The notes under the pieces were generated by a model. That model saw only the letters and a program-made list of their open reading frames with translations, was not told the origin of the DNA and made no database searches. Of a stretch of 64,000 nucleotides of DNA, positions 18,568 to 28,010 are shown one piece after another. Position numbers and translations under genes: made by a program. Origin of the DNA: Chloroflexota bacterium (GTDB taxonomy: Bacteria > Chloroflexota > Limnocylindria > Limnocylindrales > CSP1-4); contig PNAZ01000154.1 of assembly GCA_003169655.1 (NCBI GenBank), positions 17,478 to 81,477 on the forward strand. Reading direction: 5' to 3'. Every line of letters starts with the position of its first letter. Position 1 is the stretch's first letter.

Positions 18568-19646
18568 TCCACGCCGCCAGCAATGACGGGCGCGCGGCCA
18601 AGGATCTCAGACGCGACGCGGATGGCCTCGTCAATGTCCGCTTGCTCGATCCCGTAGTGCGTGACGAAGCGGACGCTACGGCGCCCCGCGCTGGGGAGGT
18701 TGACTAGTACGTCGTGGGCGCCCAGCGCGCGGGCGAAATCTTGCGCCGAGAGGTCGTCTCGCACGATCTCGGCGAAGAACATGTTCGTTTCAACTGGAAC
18801 CGGCAGGACGCTGATGCCCGGCATTTCCGCCAGTGCACGCGCAAGCCGGCGGGCGTTCGCATGATCTTCCGCGAGACGTTCGACGTTGTGGCCCAAGGCG
18901 TAAACGCCGGCTGCCGCAAGGACCCCGGCCTGACGCATCCCGCCACCGATCATCTGGCGATTGAGGCGAGCCTTCTCAATAAACTGAGCGCGTCCAACGA
19001 GGAGCGATCCAACCGGAGCGGCGAGCCCTTTGGACACGCAGAACATGACGGTATCGGCGTAGTCCGCAATCGAAGATGCTGGAACATCGAGCGCAACAGC
19101 GGCGTTGAAGATCCGGGCCCCATCCATGTGGATCGGCACATGAAACTCGTCGGCGAGTAGACGGAGTCCTGCCAGCTGCTCAAGAGGCGTCACGCGGCCC
19201 CGCGTCGGCTGTTCAACCCACAAAAGGCCCGTGGGTTGGGTCAGGAGCCCGCTACCAGGCGGCCGAATCATCGTCCGGATCCGTGAGATGTCGAGCTCGC
19301 CACCTTGTTGGGGTATCGAGCGTACCGTCATGCCCGCGATTCGACTCGGACCGCCCGTTTCGTTGGCGAAAGAGTGGGCTGGCTCGGCCCCGATGACCTC
19401 TGCACCGCCAGGACAGTGCGTGAGGTGAGCGAGCAGATTGGCCATGGTGCCCGAAGGGATGAAGAGTGCCTGTTCCTTGCCGAGACGAGCCGCGGCCATT
19501 GCTTCTAACTCGGCGACCGTCGGATCCTCTCGGTAAAAGTCGTCGCCGACTCGAGCTTGTGCCATCGCCGCGCGCATCTCAGCCGAAGGCAGAGTGACGG
19601 TGTCAGAGCGGAGATCGATTGGTCGAGCATTCTGCTGCGGACTCAC
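18564..19646 (-). CDS. Low-specificity threonine aldolase family (PLP-dependent)
   Basis: It aligns along its whole length with LtaE ('IDLRSDTVT', 'GTMAN', 'CVSKGLAAPVGS' with the PLP lysine, 'GGGMRQAG'). I placed the start at the GTG at 19646 (AAGGGAG 5 nt upstream), which makes a GTGA overlap with the creatininase stop. Confidence 0.8.
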   Translation of the reverse strand: MSPQQNARPIDLRSDTVTLPSAEMRAAMAQARVGDDFYREDPTVAELEAMAAARLGKEQALFIPSGTMANLLAHLTHCPGGAEVIGAEPAHSFANETGGPSRIAGMTVRSIPQQGGELDISRIRTMIRPPGSGLLTQPTGLLWVEQPTRGRVTPLEQLAGLRLLADEFHVPIHMDGARIFNAAVALDVPASSIADYADTVMFCVSKGLAAPVGSLLVGRAQFIEKARLNRQMIGGGMRQAGVLAAAGVYALGHNVERLAEDHANARRLARALAEMPGISVLPVPVETNMFFAEIVRDDLSAQDFARALGAHDVLVNLPSAGRRSVRFVTHYGIEQADIDEAIRVASEILGRAPVIAGGVE

Positions 19647-20494
19647 GACGTCTCCCTTTCGGAGACCGGGACCGACCGGAGGCCAGGTGACCACGGTTGG
19701 CCCGGACGCTCGTCATGGCGGGCGGGTAGGTCCATTGTCCTAAACGAGCGGGCGATCTCCGTCACGAGTCCCACAGCTCCCTCGAACCAGGCCCGTCCCT
19801 TATCGCGACTGGCATGGCTCGGCGCCCCATCGACGCCCGACTTGGTTCGCTGGCTGTACCAGCTCATGAACGTCAGCGTGTTCAGCGCGGCCGGATCGTG
19901 TACGACATGTTCGGGGAGCCCGTTCGGCAACTCGTCGGCAATCAGATCCTCACGCACGAGGTCAGGCCGGAGGTGTAGGTAGAAGGAAGTTTCCTGCTCG
20001 CAGGCGTGAGCGATGCCACCGAGCGGGGACGTGCGCAGGCGGAGAGTCTGGTCGACCTTGGCCCAGATGTTATCGGCCAATGCCGCGTAAGCGGGGGTGT
20101 CGGTCGTAATCCGCCGTACGGCGATTTCGACGAGCGGACGATTAGAACCATGCCCGTTCAACCACAAGATGCGCCGGAAGCCCATGGTTGCGAAGCTGTG
20201 GCCAGCGTCGTAGCAGTACTCCAGGAACGTCGCGGGCCGGATGCTCACGGTCCCAGGGAATTCCATATTGTGGTCGTTGAAGCCGTATGGGATACACGGG
20301 GCGATCACGAACTCTTCGGGACTGCGTCGACCGACTTCTTCGAGAATCGAAGTGACGATCCGGTTGTCAGCATCGACCGGGAGATGTGGGCCGTGTTGTT
20401 CGATCGCGGCCACTGGCTGCATCAGAACTCTTCCGGCAACCACGGCATCGCGGACTTCTGGCCAGGTCATCTCTGCCAGGAGGAACTTAGTCAT
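19643..20494 (-). CDS. Creatininase-family amidohydrolase (creatinine amidohydrolase-like)
   Basis: It has 'LLAEMTWPEV', 'AIEQHGPHLP' and 'NGHGSN'. The ATG at 20494 has GGAGGTGGAG 4 nt upstream. Confidence 0.75.
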   Translation of the reverse strand: MTKFLLAEMTWPEVRDAVVAGRVLMQPVAAIEQHGPHLPVDADNRIVTSILEEVGRRSPEEFVIAPCIPYGFNDHNMEFPGTVSIRPATFLEYCYDAGHSFATMGFRRILWLNGHGSNRPLVEIAVRRITTDTPAYAALADNIWAKVDQTLRLRTSPLGGIAHACEQETSFYLHLRPDLVREDLIADELPNGLPEHVVHDPAALNTLTFMSWYSQRTKSGVDGAPSHASRDKGRAWFEGAVGLVTEIARSFRTMDLPARHDERPGQPWSPGLRSVPVSERETS

Positions 20495-20597
20495 TGCTCC
20501 ACCTCCCCACCGCCCGTTGATGTTGTCAATGTCGAACTCCTTTGGTGCCCTCTGCTCGACGGTCACCCGCCGTCGGTTCCCTTGGATGGTCTCGGGC

Positions 20598-21371
20598 TCA
20601 CCTCGGATTGGGCGAGCGACTCATCGTGCCGCCATCGAGCCACAGGAAGCTGCCCGATGCGAACGACGCCTTCCGGCTGCAGAACCAAAGCGTGGCCTCT
20701 GCGATTTCTTCCGGTTCAGCGATGCGCCCGAGTGGAGTGGACGCCTCCACCTTGGCACGTTCGACTGGGATCTCTTCGGGAGCGAGACCCAGCCACATCA
20801 TGTCTGTGTCCGTGCTGCCGGGTAGAACGCAATTGACGCGGATCCCGAGCGGCCCCCATTCGAGCGCCATTGAACGCGTCAATCCGAGGATGCCTGCTTT
20901 GCTCGCGCAATAAGCACCGCAAGCCGGCAACGAGGCAAGCGCCAAGATCGACGAGGTATTGACGATGGATCCGCCACCCCGCTTGACCATGTGAGGCACC
21001 ACAGCCACTGCACACATGAAATGGCCTTTTAGGTTCACCGATTGGACCAGATCCCACTCAGCCTCAGAGGTCTCGAGCAGCGGTTTACCTACGTCGAGTC
21101 CTGCGTTGTTTACTAAGATGTCGACTCCGCCGTAGGTCTCCACCGCGCGCGCAACGAGCATCTGAACATCAGTCGAGTTCGACACGTCGGCTCCGACCGC
21201 AATCGCCGCGCCGCCGTCGGCCGCAATTGCCGCCGCCACGGCAGCCGCGCTCGGCGCATCCCGCCCGACCAGAACGACACGCGCCCCCTCTTGAGCGAGC
21301 AGGCGGGCGGTAGCCCGCCCTATTCCTCGATTCCCACCGGTGATGATCGCGACCTTATCTTCGAGCAACAT
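20598..21371 (-). CDS. SDR family oxidoreductase
   Basis: It has 'TGGNRGIGRA', 'NNAG' and 'YCASKAG'. Confidence 0.85.
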   Translation of the reverse strand: MLLEDKVAIITGGNRGIGRATARLLAQEGARVVLVGRDAPSAAAVAAAIAADGGAAIAVGADVSNSTDVQMLVARAVETYGGVDILVNNAGLDVGKPLLETSEAEWDLVQSVNLKGHFMCAVAVVPHMVKRGGGSIVNTSSILALASLPACGAYCASKAGILGLTRSMALEWGPLGIRVNCVLPGSTDTDMMWLGLAPEEIPVERAKVEASTPLGRIAEPEEIAEATLWFCSRKASFASGSFLWLDGGTMSRSPNPR

Positions 21372-21392
21372 GGACCCTCCTGGTCACAAGAC

Positions 21393-22610
21393 CTAGACGA
21401 CGAGGACGCCTCTTGGGACAGATGAATCCACCACGCATCCAGCGTCCGTGACAATGATCGTGTTGCAATGGCGGTATGTCGCGTCCAAGGTCTGCAGGTC
21501 CGGCTCGATCGAAAAGCTCATGCCAGGGGCGAGGATTACATCGGAATAGAGGCGCACGTCCATCGCCGATTCTCGCCAATTGCCCTCGTAACTCACCAGC
21601 CCGCGCCCAACGCCAGAGCCGCTCCGGGTCACGTGCCCCGCCTCCGCTAGCGCTTGTTTGCAGACCTTGTCGATTTCGGCCAGTGGAACGCCAGGGCGAA
21701 CCGCCGCGATTGCTCGCTCATTCGCTTCGACCATCGTCTCGAAGTCGCGCCGCACGATTGATGTTGGTTCGCCTACGGTAACCGTCCGTTCCACGTTACC
21801 GGTATACCCCCACAGGATGCAGTCGACCATTGTCACAAGCACCTGGCCGGGAGACACGAGATCAGCCGCGCCCCAGGTAATCCACTCGCTGTGACCCGCG
21901 CCGATGCCCGGGTAGCCGAGCCCGGGATTCACGCGCAGATGGAACGGGATCCCAGGGTGGCGATCCAAGACTGCGCCGAGCATCGCAGACCGAGTCATTT
22001 CATGAAGGGCTTCGGCCGAACGGCCTGGAACAATTCCATCAAGCATGGCCACCTGGCCGATATCGGCGATGGCATCCGCGGACCGAATGTATGCCAGCTC
22101 CTCCGCTGATTTCACGAGTCGCAAGTTATCTAGTAGGCCAGACGCAGGCTGCCAATGAGCGCCTGCGAATGTGGATTGGAACGCGGTCCACAGATCATGT
22201 GGCAGGGTAGCTGCCTCGAGCCCGATCACGCCATGATCGAGCCGTCGTTCTCGCATGACGCTGCGCACGTGGTGGAGCATCGATGCGGGCGGGCGCTGAG
22301 GACGCGTGTAAGTGGGTTCGGGGTTGTAATCCCAATACGTGAGCACCTGTTCAATGGGCGTTTGTGCCCGCACGTGCTCAAGCTCAATGATCGAAACCAC
22401 GAGCGCCGGAGCGCCAGCCGCAGGAACCACGACGGCGGCCGGTCGACCAAATTGGTGGAGGGGCACCCCGGTGATGTAGTAGATAGATGGATACGAAGTG
22501 AGGATGGCGGCGTCAAGCCCGGCGCCCGCCAAGGTCTCTTGGAGCGTACGGATGCGACGGCCGAGCTCACCGTCGCTGAAGGCGCGTCCTCGACGCAGCT
22601 GACTCGTCAC
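21393..22610 (-). CDS. M24 family metallopeptidase-fold enzyme (creatinase/prolidase-like), paralogue 2
   Basis: It has the same two-domain layout as the other M24 paralogues. A 4-nt overlap couples it to the upstream flavoenzyme gene. Confidence 0.7.
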   Translation of the reverse strand: MTSQLRRGRAFSDGELGRRIRTLQETLAGAGLDAAILTSYPSIYYITGVPLHQFGRPAAVVVPAAGAPALVVSIIELEHVRAQTPIEQVLTYWDYNPEPTYTRPQRPPASMLHHVRSVMRERRLDHGVIGLEAATLPHDLWTAFQSTFAGAHWQPASGLLDNLRLVKSAEELAYIRSADAIADIGQVAMLDGIVPGRSAEALHEMTRSAMLGAVLDRHPGIPFHLRVNPGLGYPGIGAGHSEWITWGAADLVSPGQVLVTMVDCILWGYTGNVERTVTVGEPTSIVRRDFETMVEANERAIAAVRPGVPLAEIDKVCKQALAEAGHVTRSGSGVGRGLVSYEGNWRESAMDVRLYSDVILAPGMSFSIEPDLQTLDATYRHCNTIIVTDAGCVVDSSVPRGVLVV

Positions 22611-23767
22611 GCGGCAAGTTCGCCAGTTGGCCCAAACGGCCGCGCGATACGGAACGGGTTGAGCAGAGATGAACGCCGGCCTCGAACGAGGTCGGCCACG
22701 AGCCGTGCCATCGCAGGAGCGAGTTTGTACCCATGGCCGCTTGTTCCGGCCATCACGAAGAGGCCCTTGATCCCCGGAACTGCATCGGCAATCGGAAAGC
22801 CATCAGGCGACATGTCGTACACACTCGCATAGCCGGGTCGAATGCCAAGGTCGCCGAGGGCTCGGATGCACGGTGTCGCGCGGGTGACATGCTCCGCGCT
22901 TTCCTCAAGGGACACGGCTGGCTCGAGTTCGTCGGCAGATGAGACCTGTCGAGTCTGGCTGGTTGTCCCACCCAGGAGTACGAGCGAATCGCCTTCAGGC
23001 CGGGCGTAGTAGCGGCGAATGCGGTCCGACCAGACGCAAGGCACGACTCCCCGAGATCCCTCAGGGGCAGACAAGAGAGAAATCGCGTGGCGCTCCGGAA
23101 ACGTTGGAAGACTCCGACCGACGCCCTCGAGCATGGCTCGACTCCATGGGCCGGCGGCCACTACAACCCGGGCGGCTTCGACTCGACCGCCCCCTGCGAG
23201 TCGCACGCCACGCACGTGCCCCCTATCTACTTCAATCGCCTCTGCCCGGCAAGCCACGCGCACCGAAGCGCCAAGCAAGCGCGCGGCGTCTGCGAAACCT
23301 ACCGTGGTCCCAACTGGATCGGCATACCCGGATGTCGGCTCCCAAACGGTCAGTGCGAACCCGTCCAGGTCAAAGCCCGGTACGAGCGTCCGAGTCTCCT
23401 CGACGGTCCTCGTTTCGATTGGCCGACCTTCCTGCGCAAGGCGTTCGACGAGCGGCTCGAAGGCGGCCGCCTCGTCCGGCGCAATGCCGTACAAGACGCC
23501 CACCCGCTTGAACCCGTTGTCGCCCCCAACCAGCTGGCGGAAATTGGTCGTAATTTCGAAGCTCTGCGCGGCGATCTCTCGAAGCTCGGGAGTTGTGTAG
23601 AGCAAGCGGACGTTCGCACTTGATCGTCCGGTAGGTCCATCGGCAAGGTGGGTTCTCTCGAGGAGAACCGCATCCGTTCCAGCCTTAGCCAAGTGGAATA
23701 GGATCGCCGCACCATAGAGCCCACCGCCGACGATAGCCACATCGTGCCGGTCGGTTGGTCCTTGCAT
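22607..23767 (-). CDS. FAD-dependent oxidoreductase of the DAO family (monomeric sarcosine oxidase / D-amino-acid oxidase-like)
   Basis: It has the N-terminal dinucleotide fold 'VAIVGGGLYGAAI' and 'AGTSGHG' near the C-terminus. I chose the ATG at 23767 (386 aa) over the 486-aa table ORF. Confidence 0.75.
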   Translation of the reverse strand: MQGPTDRHDVAIVGGGLYGAAILFHLAKAGTDAVLLERTHLADGPTGRSSANVRLLYTTPELREIAAQSFEITTNFRQLVGGDNGFKRVGVLYGIAPDEAAAFEPLVERLAQEGRPIETRTVEETRTLVPGFDLDGFALTVWEPTSGYADPVGTTVGFADAARLLGASVRVACRAEAIEVDRGHVRGVRLAGGGRVEAARVVVAAGPWSRAMLEGVGRSLPTFPERHAISLLSAPEGSRGVVPCVWSDRIRRYYARPEGDSLVLLGGTTSQTRQVSSADELEPAVSLEESAEHVTRATPCIRALGDLGIRPGYASVYDMSPDGFPIADAVPGIKGLFVMAGTSGHGYKLAPAMARLVADLVRGRRSSLLNPFRIARPFGPTGELAA

Positions 23768-23837
23768 GACCCACACATCTCCTGCGGCTCTGGCTTTGCT
23801 TACAGTGCCCGTTGGCTTGTCCGATGATACGTGAAGG

Positions 23838-23850
23838 ATGTCTGATGACA
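23838..23850 (+). promoter_or_regulatory. Copy 1 of the recurring motif ATGTCTGATGACA (TGTCTGATG(A/T)C)
   Basis: It lies in the divergent intergenic region, 71 nt upstream of the flavoenzyme-operon start on the minus strand. Confidence 0.5.
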
Positions 23851-24073
23851 CAAGGCATCCCACTCCGGTCCTGAGTCGGCCGAAGAGGGCCAACTGAGCG
23901 CGCGCTCGGGCCTCTCGGTTGATGCCAACTTGTCTGACCTGAGGGTGGACCAAGCGCTCGATTGAGCGAGTGGTGCTTCGCTTAAACGCGTTACGATGCA
24001 TCCAGGCAGGATCGGACGCGGCTCGGCCGGTCCACTCGGGCACGACCCATTTCGAACGGAGGATCAAGAAACG

Positions 24074-24898
24074 GTGGCCGAAAAAGCCAGCCGACCGAAA
24101 GCCGTCTCAATCGGCGTTGAGGGAGTCAGCAAGGGTTTCCGCGGCGGGGTTCAAGCCTTGGAGTCTGTGACGCTGGCAGCCGAGTCGGGTCAGTTCGTGA
24201 GTCTGGTCGGTCCATCCGGCTGCGGCAAGAGCACACTCTTCAACATCATCGCAGGGCTGATCGAGCCGGATCACGGTACGGTCCACTTCGGCGCCGACGA
24301 CGTGACCGGAACCACGGGGCACGTCGGCTACATGCTCCAACGGGACCTCCTTCTCCCATGGCGCACGGTTCTTGACAATGTGTTGCTCGGACTCGATGTG
24401 GCCAGAGTCCCGCGAAGAGATTCGGAGCCGCGAGCACGTGAACTGCTGGCCCGATTCGGGTTGAGCAAATTTGCGAAGGCGTATCCAATTCAGCTTTCCG
24501 GCGGGATGCGCCAACGATGTGCCGTCATCCGGACGATTCTCTATGACGCCCCTGTCTTCCTTCTCGATGAACCATTCAGTGCGCTCGATGCGCAAACCCG
24601 CCTGCTCATGCAGGAATGGCTCCTGGACGTCTGGGACACCCTCGGCAAAACGGTCTTCTACATCACGCACGATCTCGATGAAGCTTTGTATCTATCTGAT
24701 CGCGTCTACGTGATGAGTGCGCGTCCAGGCCACGTCATCGCGGATGTCGCGGTCGCCCTTGAGAGACCGCGGGATCACGCGATCCGCACCTCAGCGGCCT
24801 TCCTCGACTACAAAGTCCAACTCGCCGCACTTGTTCGCGCGGAGGCCGAGCAGTCACTCGCCGCCGAAGAAGTGGCCCCGTCGGGCCCGAGCTCCTAA
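24074..24898 (+). CDS. ABC transporter ATP-binding protein (NitT/TauT nitrate/sulfonate/bicarbonate family)
   Basis: It has 'GPSGCGKST', 'LSGGMRQR' and 'LLDEPFSALD'. The GTG at 24074 follows GGAGGA. Confidence 0.85.
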   Translation: MAEKASRPKAVSIGVEGVSKGFRGGVQALESVTLAAESGQFVSLVGPSGCGKSTLFNIIAGLIEPDHGTVHFGADDVTGTTGHVGYMLQRDLLLPWRTVLDNVLLGLDVARVPRRDSEPRARELLARFGLSKFAKAYPIQLSGGMRQRCAVIRTILYDAPVFLLDEPFSALDAQTRLLMQEWLLDVWDTLGKTVFYITHDLDEALYLSDRVYVMSARPGHVIADVAVALERPRDHAIRTSAAFLDYKVQLAALVRAEAEQSLAAEEVAPSGPSS

Positions 24899-24975
24899 GT
24901 CGCCCCACTCCTTCGGTCAGAATCAAAGAACCGCCGGACTCTCGACCTCGGAGTCCGGCGGTCCTGTTCGAACAG

Positions 24976-26112
24976 CTATGGGCTCGGCGACGGGTTCACC
25001 GAGTTTCCCGGCGGCAAATAGTCCATGGTCACGAACTTCGTCACATCCAACTTCTGGGTGATAACGCCGTTCGCCAGCATTAGATCAGCGAAGGTCTGCC
25101 AGATCCCTGTGTCCATGTATCCAGGTGGCTTACCCGGTACATAATCGAACTGCCGCCCGAACATGTCCTGCATGGCAGTCACGTTGTAATCCGGCCCACT
25201 TGCAGGCTTAGTCTCCGGGAACTTCGTATAGATGAAGTTCACGCCCGCCTGCACGTTCTGCTGGGCCCATTGGTATCCCCGCAGGGTTACGTCGATGAAT
25301 GCCTGCACGGCGTCGGGATGTGCCTGGGCAAACTTGCGGTTCGCTCCGATGACTTCCCAGTACCAGTTCGGGAGACCCCACTTTGTGTAGTAGAAGGTCA
25401 CAGCGTCTTTCCCGGTGTTGGCCTTGTACGTGTCAGGTTCGAACACGCCGGCCTGTGTGCAGTCTGCTTGCCCAGCGAGCATGATCGGGTAGCCGTTGTC
25501 GCCTGCGCTGACGGCTTGGACCTTGCTGAGATCAACGCCTTGTTTGTTGGCAAAGATCTTGAACTGAACCTGAGGGAGTGGGGAGTCGTACTCGGCCACT
25601 TTCTTACCCTCGAGATCCTTCGGCGAACTGATCCCGTCGTTCGCCCGGCAAGTGAGATTCTCGCTGGGCACGCCGATCAGGGAAGAGACGGCCTGGTAGT
25701 CGAGACCGGTCGATTCGGCAATCAGGGTGTCCGGGGTGTAGGTGAAGCCCATGTCGGCCTGACCGGTCGCGAGGAACTTCGGCTGATCCGATGGGTTGGG
25801 GGGAATAACCCAATTGATGTCTAACCCGGCGTCCTTGTACCAACCTTGGGCGTCTGGATAGAGCCAGATCTGCCAGGGCGGCCCACCGTAGTTCCAGTCC
25901 TCCACAACGTTCATCTTCAGGAGGCCTGTCCACGAGCGACTAGCTGCCGGCGTTGGCGAAGGCAGTGCATTTGACGCCACCGCAGCCGATGAGGCAGCCG
26001 CCGTAGGAGCGGCCGTCGGCAGTGGAGTCGGGCTACTCGAGCCGCTGCATGCGGCCGCTGTCATCGCAGTGATCAGGGCCACGGTCACAAGCCTGATCCG
26101 GATGCTGGACAT
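24976..26112 (-). CDS. ABC transporter substrate-binding lipoprotein (NMT1/THI5-like, NitT/TauT family)
   Basis: The ATG at 26112 follows GAGGAGGTGG. The signal peptide ends in the lipobox AAAC. Confidence 0.75.
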   Translation of the reverse strand: MSSIRIRLVTVALITAMTAAACSGSSSPTPLPTAAPTAAASSAAVASNALPSPTPAASRSWTGLLKMNVVEDWNYGGPPWQIWLYPDAQGWYKDAGLDINWVIPPNPSDQPKFLATGQADMGFTYTPDTLIAESTGLDYQAVSSLIGVPSENLTCRANDGISSPKDLEGKKVAEYDSPLPQVQFKIFANKQGVDLSKVQAVSAGDNGYPIMLAGQADCTQAGVFEPDTYKANTGKDAVTFYYTKWGLPNWYWEVIGANRKFAQAHPDAVQAFIDVTLRGYQWAQQNVQAGVNFIYTKFPETKPASGPDYNVTAMQDMFGRQFDYVPGKPPGYMDTGIWQTFADLMLANGVITQKLDVTKFVTMDYLPPGNSVNPSPSP

Positions 26113-26173
26113 CAGCTGCCACCTCCTCATCCAGGCGCCAGAACGCCAATTGCGCAGGATGGTAGGCGGGTGG

Positions 26174-26186
26174 ATGTCTGATGTCA
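26174..26186 (+). promoter_or_regulatory. Copy 2 of the recurring motif ATGTCTGATGTCA
   Basis: It is 62 nt upstream of the solute-binding-protein start on the minus strand. Confidence 0.5.
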
Positions 26187-26264
26187 ATCCGCCAGCAGAA
26201 ACCCATAGACCTCAATTGGAGCGTGGGGCAGGACAGCAGTCATCGGACAGCGGGCGTCTGGACA

Positions 26265-27044
26265 TCACTCGTCGGCATACCACGGAGCGATTCGGCGACC
26301 AGCGACACGGACCATCACGAAAAGCAGGAGCGCGACGACGGTGATCAGGACCATCGCGGCGAATAGCTGGTCCGTGCGGTCCAATGCGTTTGCCGAGATC
26401 ATCACCTTGCCGATGCCCTTCTCGGCGCCAATCCACTCCGCAATGACCGCGCCAATCACGGCATAGGTCATCCCGACCTGGGCGCCCGGAATCAGAAATG
26501 GGATCGAGTTTGGTAGGCGGACTGTTCGGAACGTCTGCCACTCACTGGCTCGAAAGGTACGCAGCAGCGCGAGCATCTCTTGGTCGGCATCCCGAAGACC
26601 CGCCACCATGTCGACGGTAATTGGGAAGAAGACTCCGATCGCGACCAGAACCACCTTGGGCTCGATCCCGAACCCCAACCAGATGATGAGCAGTGGCGCT
26701 AACGCGAAGATGGGTATCGTCTGAGACACGATGATGATCGGATAGGTCGTGCGTTCGAAGACCTTCGAGTAGACGATTCCGATCGCGACGACGATGCCGG
26801 CAGCGAGGCCGAGCAGAAAGCCAAGCAAGATCTCTTCGAGCGTCACGCTCAAGTTGTCGAGGAGGAGATTTCGATCATTGATGATTGACGCAAGGACCGC
26901 AGACGGAGCAGGGAGGAGTCCAGCCGGCACGTTGTTCGCTCGAACGAGGATCTCCCACGCCGCAATCGCGCCGGCGACGACCAGGATCGGCGGTAAGTAT
27001 TTCGCCCCCTGAAGGGAGCTCGCTCGCACCCTACTCCTGGCCAT
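26265..27044 (-). CDS. ABC transporter permease (NitT/TauT family)
   Basis: It has six TM segments and an EAA-like loop. Confidence 0.8.
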   Translation of the reverse strand: MARSRVRASSLQGAKYLPPILVVAGAIAAWEILVRANNVPAGLLPAPSAVLASIINDRNLLLDNLSVTLEEILLGFLLGLAAGIVVAIGIVYSKVFERTTYPIIIVSQTIPIFALAPLLIIWLGFGIEPKVVLVAIGVFFPITVDMVAGLRDADQEMLALLRTFRASEWQTFRTVRLPNSIPFLIPGAQVGMTYAVIGAVIAEWIGAEKGIGKVMISANALDRTDQLFAAMVLITVVALLLFVMVRVAGRRIAPWYADE

Positions 27045-27085
27045 GACTCAGCCGCACGCGCCCCGGCCGCACTCGGGAAACCGCA

Positions 27086-27847
27086 TCACTTTCCGCTCGC
27101 CCGCAGCCAAGGCATCGCAAGGCGGGCCACCAGCCGTACCCCCACGAACAGAACGAGCGCGAGGATCGACACGAGCACTACGGACGCAAGCATAAGGTCG
27201 GTCTGCCGATAGGCCCCGACGAGCATCAGTTTGCCTAGCCCCTTCAGAGCTCCGAACCATTCGACGAATACCGCGCCGAGAACCGCATAAGTCACCGCGA
27301 GTTGGGTGGCTGCGAAGAGGTACGGCAGAGAAGCCGGTATCTGCACGAAGCGGAGCAGCTGGAATCGGCTCGCACGGCACGACCGCATAAGGGCGATAAC
27401 GCCCGGATCCGCGCTCTTGAGACCTTTGACCATGTTGACCGTGATCGGGAAGAAGACCCAGAGCACGATGATGACGATCTTTGGCTCCAGACCAAAGCCC
27501 AACCATAGGACGAGCAGGGGTGCGAGAGCGAACGTAGGAATCACCTGAGACGTCACGAAGATCGGATAGAACGTCCGCTCAAAGAGCCGAGACTCGACGG
27601 TGGCGATGGCCGCCGCGATCCCGATCGCGAACCCAAAGAGGAACCCGAGGAACGCCTCCGTCAGTGTGGCGCCCGAGTTATCGATGAAGAGGCCCGGCTC
27701 GCTCACCAAGCGACTGAGAATCGCCGAGGGTGAGGCCAGGATACTGTTCGGTATGGCGAGCACCCGCACGGCCGCCTCCCAGATGATGAGAAGCGCGCCG
27801 GCGAAAAGGACTGGCGGAAGGGCATAAGAAGCAAGCCCTCGGGCCAT
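27086..27847 (-). CDS. ABC transporter permease (NitT/TauT family), second copy
   Basis: It is a paralogue of the 26265..27044 permease. Confidence 0.8.
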   Translation of the reverse strand: MARGLASYALPPVLFAGALLIIWEAAVRVLAIPNSILASPSAILSRLVSEPGLFIDNSGATLTEAFLGFLFGFAIGIAAAIATVESRLFERTFYPIFVTSQVIPTFALAPLLVLWLGFGLEPKIVIIVLWVFFPITVNMVKGLKSADPGVIALMRSCRASRFQLLRFVQIPASLPYLFAATQLAVTYAVLGAVFVEWFGALKGLGKLMLVGAYRQTDLMLASVVLVSILALVLFVGVRLVARLAMPWLRASGK

Positions 27848-27904
27848 TCTGGGGGCGTCGCGCAGAGCGGTTATGGCAATCAGGATGAGGGACCTCCATG
27901 CCGG

Positions 27905-27917
27905 TTGTCTGATGTCC
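27905..27917 (+). promoter_or_regulatory. Copy 3 of the recurring motif TTGTCTGATGTCC
   Basis: It is 58 nt upstream of the permease start on the minus strand. Confidence 0.5.
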
Positions 27918-28010
27918 CCTAGCTCGCCAGGAGGCTAGTTCGGTTGATGACGGCGTGTCAAGGTAGATCGACCGCTCGGGATGGCTCAACCGCGACAAGG
28001 AAGGTAGACA

